A stretch of 61,815 nt of DNA, the filler included, from Streblomastix strix (lineage: Eukaryota): NCBI GenBank assembly GCA_008636045.1. It is 4 parts of 4 records of this genome, joined end to end, with 100 filler letters (N's around TTAATTAATTAA, not from the genome) between each part and the next. Parts side by side here need not be neighbours in the genome. Positions count along the whole stretch, not along the records: positions 46,453 to 61,815 come from SNRW01000997.1; 3 more parts are not named here. One strand, written 5' to 3'. Below are positions 50,801 to 61,815 of the stretch, in pieces. Both the position numbers and the translations under genes were made by a program. Every line of letters starts with the position of its first letter. Positions within the stretch are counted from its first letter, which is position 1. Under the pieces are notes generated by a model that saw nothing but the letters and a program-made list of their open reading frames with translations, did no database searches and was not told the origin of the DNA.

Positions 50801-53800
50801 AATTAATAATAATATAGATAAAAATAATAATAAAACATTTGATGGTGTGTAATACAATGAACCAAACCATATTCGTCTTCTAAATCTTTAATCTCTTTTT
50901 GAAGGACTGTTTCTTCTTAACTTGGAAATATAGCTCCAACATCAAAGAAAAAAGGTTCAGGTTAATTTATTTCTTATTTCTTCTTTTCTGTTTATTTTCT
51001 GTCTTAATTTGCATCATCAGTCAATTCACCTTCATTTTAACTAAGCTTATTATCTTCATTAGGCCATGGGACAGTATAAATATGGTTGTATGTTCCTCCA
51101 AGAAGTGCAGAATCAACCCATTCTTACAATTCAATATCCACATTCTCATACAAATAATCACTATCAACACTATTCCCTCTTTAATACTTCTAATTGCTTC
51201 CTTTTATTCTTTACTATTATAAATCCATTTAATCAATACGATTTATGATCTTCTTCCTCTTACCATAATCATAATGAATTGTACTTGGTCTTAATTTCTG
51301 CCTCATTCCCAATCTTAATTCATCTTCTCTATCCCATTTCTTATCATTAAATTAACTCCTCAGTATCATAGATCTTTATTTCTTACTTATTCCATCTTTT
51401 GAATCTGAATGATCTTCATCTTCGCTTTCTTCTTCAATGTCTTCTTTATTCTATATTTATTATTATTATTATTATTATTCAATCTCTTATTTATCTTAAT
51501 TATTATCATTCATTACCTTCTACTTCTTAATTCCTTTCTTTTATTTCAATATTTTCTCTTAATCTGAAATATTACTATCATTATTGCTACTACTTTAATT
51601 ATCATTTGAATTCTCTTCTATATTAACCATTTCCACAGGAATCTTCCTTCCTTTCTTCTTCTTTTTCTTCTTCTTCTTTGAAGGTGATACAATAATATCA
51701 TTATCTTCTTCGCTTATATTTTCACTCTCTTTTCTTTCCACAATTATTTCTTCATCATTTTGTTTCTCTTCATCAACTTCTTAGTTTGACATATTTTCAT
51801 TCTATTCAACATCTACTTTCTTTATTATCTAACTGACTTTCATTGTATTCTTCTTTTCTTTCTTTATTAGACTACTTTAAGAATTACTTTACTATTGATC
51901 CTGTACAACTATTTGAGGTGATCCAACAGTTGAGTGAATATGTCTCTGTCTCTTATCTGAATTAGAAGAGAACTCAAATGAGCCTCTTCCCCACCCAGGA
52001 CCTCCAGATAGAAGATGCTTCAATTCACTCATTCCTCTCATCCATTTAGATTTGCCTCTCTAATTGAGTGGTGTTGAATTAATAGAAGAATCTGGAGACA
52101 TCGGTGGAGACAATTCTTATTATTATTGATATGAATATTATTATATATCTAAATTATTCAATATCAAATCTTAAATAACATCACTATTTATTATTACATG
52201 ATCTTATTCTTCTTGTTTATCTGATTCAATATCTTTAATCATTATATTATTATCTTCAATGACATCTTATATTTCATCGTTGACTTCTTAGTTTAGATTT
52301 AGTTATTCATTATCTTCAATTTCAATATCCTTATCTGCAATCATTTACCTTTCATTATTTTGTTAATCATTTAAATTATGGTTATTTTCATCAACTTTCA
52401 TTTCAATGTCTTCTTTGTCCATTGGTATTCTTGTTTCAACTGATGTTTATTCCAATTTAATTTCATTGTTATTGTTCTCATTAATCTCTTATTCAACATC
52501 TTTAATCATCTCACAATTTGTTTATTCTTTTATTCTTTCATTCATATTCTATTATGAGTTTATTTCACACAAACTTTGATTGTTATCTTCCTTCTCAAGT
52601 TCAGAAATATTCACTTTGCTAATGTTTGCATTTTCATTTTCATATGAATTCAATAATTTTGGTTCATCAACAATCTTTTCCATTGCAGATTCTTTATCCT
52701 CATTTCTCTCTTTGTCAACAACATTCAAATCATCCTTCATTCTTTCATCTCTTTTATTTGATCCTCTTCTTCTTCCTCTTCCTCTTGAATATCCCGTTGT
52801 GTGTTTTGAGGTTGAATGAATGAAGTCAAGATTATTCATAAGTTTGCTGTTCTACTTTGGAATACTGAGAAATACAACACTTCCAGGTTCAGACAATGAA
52901 GAATATGACTAATTATGGAGTGGAGATTATGTTGAAATGAATTAGTGATATTAAGCTGAAGGTGTTGATGATGATGAATTTGTATTAGATGGTAAATTCT
53001 TAATCAATTTCTTAGGAGTAACATATAAAGTCTTGTTTTCAAATAGAAGTTCTTTTTCATCATCAGATATTAATGAAACAGATCTCGAGATTGGACGTGA
53101 ATCAGATTAAATGAATGAATGATGCTATTCTGTTTATTAGTTTATAATTATTGGCTGTTATTATTTCATCATTGGATTCTCTCCTCCAATGTCAATGCCA
53201 TCCATTGATAGACGTTAGAATGTATGAGTATATATCTTCTCTTATGTATCATCAAATTCTGTATAGTCTTCAATATATAATTCATTTTAATCAATACTAA
53301 GGAAATCTATTGCAAATGAGCATATCCTTTCTGAAAGTATAACATAATATATATAATAATGAATTTATAATAATAATTATTAAAATTATGCTCGTAATAA
53401 ATAAATTGAATAACCTTATTTCTTTTCAATCCATTAATAAAGAGTACAACTGCTTGAGAGAGAGAAGAACATCCTTTAATGAGGATGAAACTTAATGTCT
53501 GTGACTCCAGCAGTTGACCCAGGTTTCAATACAATTGCAGCACATTATCCATCTTCCCCATTAAATCCATTAACCTCAGCAGTGGTATCAAATAGAATAA
53601 TGCATCCACCTCCTCGTGCACTTATAGCTCCAGCTATTATACTTCCATCTGAACTTATTCCTACACTTCCAAACTGTGCATTCCGAGTAGGACTATCAAA
53701 TTGCCATAATGGAGTCTACCATTGAACATTAAATACTCGAATTGTACAATCTGTGAATGAAGCAGCAAGAAGTTATCCATGATGACCAATTGGTGAATAA

Positions 53801-54585
53801 GATAATTTCTTAACAATCGACTATTAATCTGGATCATCAATCAATCCATATGCTCTTAGTTTCTAATTCTGCTTCTTAATCGATGATTCACTGGCATCAA
53901 TAAGATAAAGTTGACCATTTGTGGTTCCTATTGCCAATATATGCTACTCTGGATGCCATAATGTAACACAAGGTTCAGAAGGAGAGAAATTAAGAGATGA
54001 GTTTTCATAGTCAGAATTCTGAAAGGTTATCGGAATTTTCTTCAATTTATCAAGTTTTATGAAGTTTTCGAAGATTTTAGAATTGTCAATTCGATAGATT
54101 GCTTGTGAATTATCATCAAGTTAAGCAAAAAACTGACATCTAAATAAAATAAGGATATAAATAAGATAAGCAAATTATAACATACGGTGGGATAGGATCA
54201 ATTTAACAGTTAATAATTTATCCATCATATTAAATAATAAGCTCAGGTTCAGTAGTTTCAATTCTCCAGAAAACAATATGACCATTTTTATGTGCTGAGA
54301 ATATGAATTTCTTGAAGAATCTGGTAACAAATATTAAAATAGTACATTATTTATAATACACATATATAAACAAAATAAAATTTCCTTATACCCAAATGAA
54401 ATTATTGTATCAAAACGATAATCATTGAAACGACGATGTGGTCTTTTAGACTTCAATGCACCAATGTCCCATAGAAGAAGACTTCCATCCTTACAAGATG
54501 TCAGAAGGTAAGCACCTCCTTAGTCAATACAACAGGAGATAATATCATATCCTGATATCAGAGTTGACAGACGGAATTCTGACAT
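47874..54585 (-). CDS. RBBP5: RbBP5/Swd1-like WD40 protein with a very long low-complexity C-terminal region
   Basis: WD repeats (GAYLLTSCKDGSLLLWD, DCTIRVF, VTDIKFHP) followed by SFAIDFLSIDQNELYIEDYTEFDD, resembling the RbBP5 SAFAPDF...ENVEYEERESEFD hinge; multiple introns. Confidence 0.65.
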
Positions 54586-55430
54586 CAAGAGCTTAATAAA
54601 ATATATTTGAAATAAATTTTGTAATTTAATGTTAAATAAATTTTGTAATTTAATGTTAAATAAATAAATAAATAAAAAAGGTTTTAAATGTGCTTTTAAA
54701 GAATATTTATAGATTCTGAACGTTCTGATTTACCAGAACTATCTTTTTGAATCAGTTTCAAATATATGTTTTAAATCATTAGAGGTGAATAAGAAGTATA
54801 ATTTGATGATTTAAGAATGTTAATTTCATTGTTTAATTAAGTTGGATATTTTTCATTAGTTTGGATGATTTGATGAGGGAAATTATCATGTTTAAAGTTG
54901 TTTTTAAAATGAAAATAGATTATTATTAAGGATTATTTCTAATGTCTTTTTATTTAGATACTAGTTAATATTATTCATTTTTTTATGATATGAGCAATAA
55001 ATATAATTTAATAATATAATATATTCTTTTCACTGTATTGAAGCTGGTTTTCTGTAATAACATTTATTCTGTGCTGTTACGATAGTAAATATTGTTATTA
55101 GAATCATTATGTGCTGATAAATGCTGCACGCACGAAATATTATTAGAAATAGCAATATATATAAAAGAGAAAGAGCAGAAAAGTTAAAATAGAATATCTC
55201 TATAGAGGAGGTGTACATGAGGTTATTATAATAAAATTTGGATTATAAATATATTTATAAATAATTTTAATATAATAAAAATACCAATGATATTTTATGT
55301 CTTTAGGAATCAGCAATTGAATAATTGAACATTATTTTTTGAACAAAGGTACTTATGAAAAATCGCAATGAAAATTTGCAATAAAATAATTAAATTAATA
55401 TTTATTTTACATTCCATTTCGCACAAACAT

Positions 55431-57887
55431 TCACGGGTTTGATGGAGATGAGAATGTAGAAAAGAAGGGATTCTATGAAGGTGTTTCTTATGTAAATGGA
55501 GGTGTGAGTGGTTGTGAAGAGTGATAATTTGGAGCAGAAATTATGTTACCTTCGTTTTAATGTTAATTTGGAGGTGGATTTGTTTGTGAAAGGGAAAGTG
55601 AAAGTGATTATTGAAGCATAGGAACTGATTAATTCTATAATTATTCATGTTATTATTATTGTTAGTTATGCAGATTATAATTAGAAAGAGTAGGTTAAAT
55701 AGAATATTATTTATTATTAATTAGTTATTTCAATTAATTATTTAATCCAGTGGGTATTTCTGATCCTGCTTATTAATTAGACAATGCTATTGCAGACAGA
55801 GCTTAAGTGAGTAATGCTTAATTAGCTTATATTGAATTAAGAGTCGGTTATATTTATAGTTATTACTTTGTATTGATTTCTTATTTTCTTTATTATTGTT
55901 TCACTTTTGAAGAATTAATTTTCATTTTAGGTTTATCTTTAAATTAATTCAATATTTTATTGTTTTTGTTGATCATTTTAGTTAATTTTCTTTGTTGTGA
56001 ATAATCAACATCTGCAACATCATCAGAATCAACAATTAAATCCTCACTTTCATCTTCTTATTTATATTATATATTCTTTTCTTAATCAGTATCATTATCA
56101 TCTTATAAGGAATTTAGTTTTATTTATGTTTATGCTATTTTCTTCCATTATTATGATTCTTATTTCCTCTTTTCAATTAATGAATTAATCTTTGATATCA
56201 TTAATTATTTTTCCTTTCTCTTCTTATTAACTGCAGATCTAAGTTATTCAACTGCTCTTCTATTATCTTATAATTTCTATTACATATCAGCAGATGCAAC
56301 ACGTTCAGTATTTTTAAGATCTATAATCTATTATAACTACAATTGAAGGATACGTAATTCATTCTCTAATTTCTACTTCTATTATGCAGCTTCTCTTCTT
56401 GATGCTCTGGCAGCTGCAACTTCACCAGAAGCCAACCATAATGCACGTCTTAGAATAGAAGCTGTATTACTCAATGGTTCAGAGTATATATCATAAATAG
56501 ATAATGGTACTGAATGAGATCTTATATTCTATTATTATTATTATTATTATTATTATTTGAATGGAGGATAATAATTCATATTAATATTATGCATTGATGG
56601 AACAGGAGGAGATGCAGCAAATGATTTCTATGAAGATGGACCTGTAGGAATCCACCATGTTCGATTCTTCTCATTTGGAGATGTTATTATAGGAATTGAA
56701 TTAAGTGGTATTTAATATGCATTTGGATTAGGAGAAGATTATTATATTTATGAATATATTGGATATTAGCTTCCTGTAAATATCATATTATTTCTTCCTA
56801 ATGGACTATTATCCCTATGTTTTTATTGGATATCAAATTAATTCAGTTGATATGAATTTGGAATTCTACCAATATTAGGTGAAGTGAATTATTAATATAA
56901 AGATGAATCTTTAATTAGATGCTAATCAAGATTATGAACTGGAATACTCTTATTATCATATTTCTTTTTTCTTATTTATGTTTTCATTTATTATTTTTAA
57001 GATCCAATGTTCTATTTTATGGTATATAATATATTTTCAATTATATTTGAAGCTTCAACATTAATATCCTTCTGTTTTCTTTATCTTTTCTTTTTCTTTT
57101 ATTATGGGATTTATTTTTTTATATTATCATTTTATTTTATTTCATTCTTTTATTCTTATTAATTATCTCTTAAAACTTCATTCAACATTTCAATCATTTA
57201 TTTTATACGGTCAGATTTAATTTATTTAGTTTATGATGATTTATCATCTTTATTTGGAGATTAACTCTAACTATGGCTTTATTTATGTTTATAATGTGTT
57301 TTAATCTTAACATTATCATTATGAATACGATGATTGCTGTTACTGCTATGGTATTATACCTTTTTCTATTTATCAAGTTAATTTGATATTTTAATATTTT
57401 CTTTTCTTTTATTAATAAACTAATTTTAATCTGAATAAGCATCTATATTTGATTGATATGAAGATCCTGAATGTGAATTAGAATGATTTGATGAATGTGA
57501 ATGGTGTCTTCCTCTCTTTTCCAAAGATTTCTTGTATCTAATAACCTCTTCATGAACAACACCTTTTAATGCACTTAATATGGATCATACACTTCCATCT
57601 TCTATTTCATCTTCATTATTTCTATTAGAGTCATTTTATTCATATTTTAATTTATATTATTTATAGTCCTTCTAATCTTATTGGATTGGTTGTGCATTAT
57701 TTGACATAATTGGTGAAAGTGCATCAGCGCCAATAGTTAGTTTTTCAGATGTTCCCTATTAGTGGCTTGATTATGATTGACGTTCCGATGAAATAGGACT
57801 TTATCCCCGTGGATACAAATCATAAAGTGGATCTGGTGCTACAGGCGATTAATTAGCTATTCCTTCTTCTGTCATTATTCTTAACAT
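55431..57887 (-). CDS. Hypothetical Q/S/P-rich coiled-coil protein (~818 aa)
   Basis: Start and stop are in frame and the sampled segments read open under TAR=Gln; no recognisable domain. Confidence 0.65.
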
Positions 57888-58353
57888 TGAATTAGTGAAA
57901 ATGTCATTAATTTAAAAATTTAAAATTTTAATAAATTATATTATAGAAAATTAAACAATATAAAGCAATTTTTTCACTGTAATGAGATAATTTTCAATTT
58001 AAAAAGAAATTTTTTTTCTCTGGCTGTGTGTTTTTAATACTGTAATGCAAAACAATAATAATTAGTAAATTATGGAAATAAATTAATAGATTGGATATTT
58101 AGAGATCTTACTGTGGAGGAATAAGGAATTTAAGTTGCAAGTTAAATTATTCAGTAAATATAAGTCTGAATATGTTATTTAATACTATAATTCATATATA
58201 GATCTTTGATAAAATCCGTCAAAGTGAAATGTTTTATAAATTAAATTTGTGGCAGACGAGATAATCGGATTCTTTGAAATATTCGATTAGAATGGATTTT
58301 CGAATAATTATTATTTTATTGCAGTAAAATCAGTATTCATATTAATCAAATGA

Positions 58354-61300
58354 TCAGAAGAATGATCCCGCATCACCATCGAGTAACCACCTCTCAATTG
58401 CATTCATATCGAAAGAATTATTTGAATTATCTTCTGTTCCACTTGTTGGCGAGGATTTCTAATTCTTTTTTAATTTCTTTAATTTTTCTTTTTTAAAGTC
58501 ATTGTCAATATCCATAGCTTTACTCTTTCTCCCGGTCATTTCTTTAAGAATTTGATCCATATTGTTCGTCATTTCTCCATCATAATTCTTAGTATCTGCT
58601 TTTCCATTTTAAATTGAACAACCCATTCCTCGCATAATGTCAATAATATTTTTTTCTTCTTTTTCCATTGTTTACACAGCTTCTTTATACTCAGCAAGTG
58701 TTTTAATTGTCTTTTTTCTCAACTCATTTGTTTCTTTAGTGTATTAGTTTTATGAATATTGTTAAAAATTCAAATAAACTACCTTTAAATTGATCAAATG
58801 TAATATTTTTATATAATATGTAATAGAAAAGATGCTTTATTTTTAAAAATATCAATATATATTCATTTGACAACTTCATTTTCTGTGTTATCACTCAAAA
58901 TCCAGTCAAAAGATCGATTGAAAAGTTCAAAGCGCTGTTTTTTAATGAAACTTTCCATGTTTGGGAACACTTCCTATTTAAAAATTATATATAACAAATG
59001 AAAACATGTAATATAATAGCATACTGATATAAGATCAAGAGCTGTGTCAGCTAATTTTGAAAGATGTGCATCATCTGCATCATAAAGAACTGATAGATAG
59101 TATCTTACAAGTAAATTAGTTTAAGAAATTTAATCCCTAGTCTCAGGTGCAAGAATAAAGTTATAGAAAAGATAAAGGCATTATACAACAATCTGAGGAT
59201 CGTGTGCTTTCTCTATTAAAATAATTAATCAAAAAATATATGAAAATCTAAAATTCATTCTATAATCATTCCATACCTTTTAAAATGCTCATCATAAGCT
59301 CTGGAAACTTTTTCTGTGCAAAGCGTATCATCAATTCTGGATAAGTAGACAATCTCCCAGATAATCCAACTATTGCAGCAATTATCCAATCACGATCTTC
59401 ATCAATAGGAGTTTAACTCCCATTGAGAGCATTTACATTAACAATACTTTATAGCATTTGACCAAGAAGACCAATAAGATCACTGCTACTGGCAAGTGCA
59501 CACATATCAATACCTTCTGTATATATGCATGCTAGAATACCAAGAGCTTCACCTATTATTGATGATGTAATAACAGGTCCAGTAGTTTATTATATGATCT
59601 ATTTAGCAAATGACACTATTGATGGAATAATCTTCTCAAATCTTTTAATATATTAAATAACATTTGGAGGTTTTATTTCCTTCTTTTTAGGTGAGCTTTG
59701 TGTGTTAATATCAATTCCCTATTCATTATTACTTAAATGGGCAGCAAGGGCATGTAATAATCTAAAAGAAGGAATCTACATATATTTAATTCCATTATCA
59801 CACAATCTCTCCAAACCACATTATTCTCCTTAATCAGCCCAATTTGCAATTAGATTTGCACATATAAGTGATCTAGATAAAATAATAAGAATAGAGAATA
59901 CATCATTGAGGGAATCTGGTGGAATATTGTCTTATTATGGACTTGAATCAGAATTACTTTTTCCTTTTAAAGAATCATTAATATTCTAATTAGGATTATG
60001 AAGTACAATTGTCATAAGAATATCAATAAGCCTTGAACAATTCATTCCAATTTCATCTCCTGCATTTGGTGCATGAGCTAAATTGAAGAGAATATCTAAT
60101 GAGAGACGAAACATTTGAGGTTTACTAATATTTTATTTCAAGGTGTTATTTATTTATTTGATTTATCTAAACTTAATACCATAATTAGATGCTCCATGTT
60201 CAATGATTAGAGAAATATGCTCCAGAAAATCTCTCTTTCTAACAAGAACTTCACTCAGAGCTGTTTGAAATGAAAGTGTCAAGAATAATTCTAATGATTC
60301 TTCTCCACCAAAAATAAGATTAGCCATTAAAGGAGCTAATGTTGTTGATGTTTTCTAAGGAGTAGTTTTGGAATTTGATTCATTATTTGAGAAGTAAGGA
60401 ATAATTCTACTTATAATACCATTGCCCAAAAGAATTATTTAACCCTCATCAGACGCAGCGAGTTTCTATAAGATTTGAAGTGAGGATGTTGCCAAATCAA
60501 TGTTACCAAGTTCAATCAGAGCAAATAAAGAGATTTGAAATGAGTTCCCTTCAACTCTCGTTATTTCTTATTGTATCAAATTGATCCCATCTTATGATGT
60601 TACTCTTCTCAATGCTTTAATTTACACAGATGGAATATTAGAAAGTAAATTAAATAGTTGAAGAGATGCATATAAAAGAGTATTCAGCTCTTCTATTTAT
60701 TCATTTAATTATTATTCTGATTATGTATTTTACTATTCTATTTGTTTTGGCTTATTTATGTCCTTCTTTATTTCTCCTGACGTTTTATCTGCAATATTTG
60801 ATTTTTATTGTAATTTTTATTAATTTGAGTATAATTTTTAACTTAATGGAAGTACATCTTCAATAATAGCCATAATAAGATCATCCACACCTCGAGGAAG
60901 AATAATCTCATTTATGAATAACTCATCCATCATACAATAAAGAGTAAATATAATATTTGCATTCAATTTATAATTTCTTATTGGTTTCTATCGAAGTAAT
61001 CGAAGCATAGCAGTTATTAGTAGTGCATTCTATCGAAGAATGTTAATATTAGTTGGAGATTGAGCAAGTTGCAATATTAAAGCCATTCCTTTATTTTATA
61101 TATTTCCATTATCATCATATATTAATTCTACATAGTCATTTATCTTTTCTATTTTAGCTGTTTCACGACTTATTGAATCATAAGCGAGGATTGGAGATTA
61201 ACGCAAGAAATTCTATATTTTTATATTATTAGATTTATTACCATCTTCTTTCCCTGATTTTAATTAAATCAATTCTTTAATACGAAGTTCAAGAAGTGGT

Positions 61301-61700
61301 ATTTTATCTCTTGTAATTATATCATATTCACTGGCTATCTAACGTGCAATTTGAGGAGCACAATTAGCAGAATGTAATGCACCAAGTGGTATTCTAAATT
61401 CAAAAGTATATAATAAGTTTAGTATAATAACATTGTAACATACTTTGTACTATGAGGTCTTCTTTCAACATGAGCTGTACGGCCCAAATCTCCAAATGAT
61501 ATTTCAACCGTTGAAAGAAGAATAATAGCAGAATCTGGCACTGATATAGCAATGTCATAGAGATCCTCTCGTCTTTGCATTGGTGAAATAGTTGTTCTAA
61601 AAACAATGACAGAGATAAAAAAAATATTATGAACATAATTAAATAAAATTAAAACTAGGTGATAAAAAAAACTTATGTGAATTGAAATAAGTGGATTCAT
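58354..61700 (-). CDS. KIFAP3: Kinesin-II associated protein KAP3/FLA3 (armadillo repeats); start approximate
   Basis: KINDYVELIYDD...KGMALILQLAQSPTN...AMLRLLR...NIIF, ILFNLAH, and DPQIVVQCLYLFYNF...LADTALDLISE...KKQRFELFN match recalled KAP motifs; several introns. Confidence 0.85.
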
Positions 61701-61815
61701 TTAGTGTATATGAAATATTGTATAAAATAATTATCTCTATAAGAGCAGTAATGATGTTCAATACATGATTTATAGATTAGAAACAAAGCGGAAATTGTAT
61801 TGCAGTGACGGGAAA

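Noticed and set aside
54610..54665. 24-bp tandem duplication upstream of the RbBP5-like gene
   Set aside because: Simple local slippage in AT-rich DNA; no evidence of function.

Overview
AT-rich eukaryotic (protist) DNA made of four unrelated contigs (1-15401, 15502-30887, 30988-46352, 46453-61815) joined by artificial 100-bp N44-TTAATTAATTAA-N44 linkers. Genes read open only if TAA/TAG encode Gln and TGA is the sole stop (translation table 6). Together with short GT-AG introns and the gene families present, this suggests an oxymonad such as Streblomastix (inference), so the supplied standard-code ORF track is largely fragments. Contig 1 is a decayed endogenous Polinton/Maverick-like virus: protein-primed PolB, A32-like packaging ATPase, probable major and minor capsid proteins, HNH nuclease and a phage-like fibre. 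Contig 2 holds three surface-protein genes. Contig 3 holds DIRS-type retroelement pieces, Prp2-like and Hsp90 pseudogenes, a zinc-finger/Gig2-PARP-like gene, and the top finding: a SPRY/B30.2-like gene followed by 14 consecutive 3-nt micro-exons (31807-33474, minus strand), each with AG/GT splice sites and regular 86-162 nt introns, a candidate combinatorial splicing diversifier. Contig 4 holds Hip/ST13, an RbBP5-like gene, a low-complexity gene and KAP3. All translations were done by hand; family calls rest on motif recognition, not database searches.
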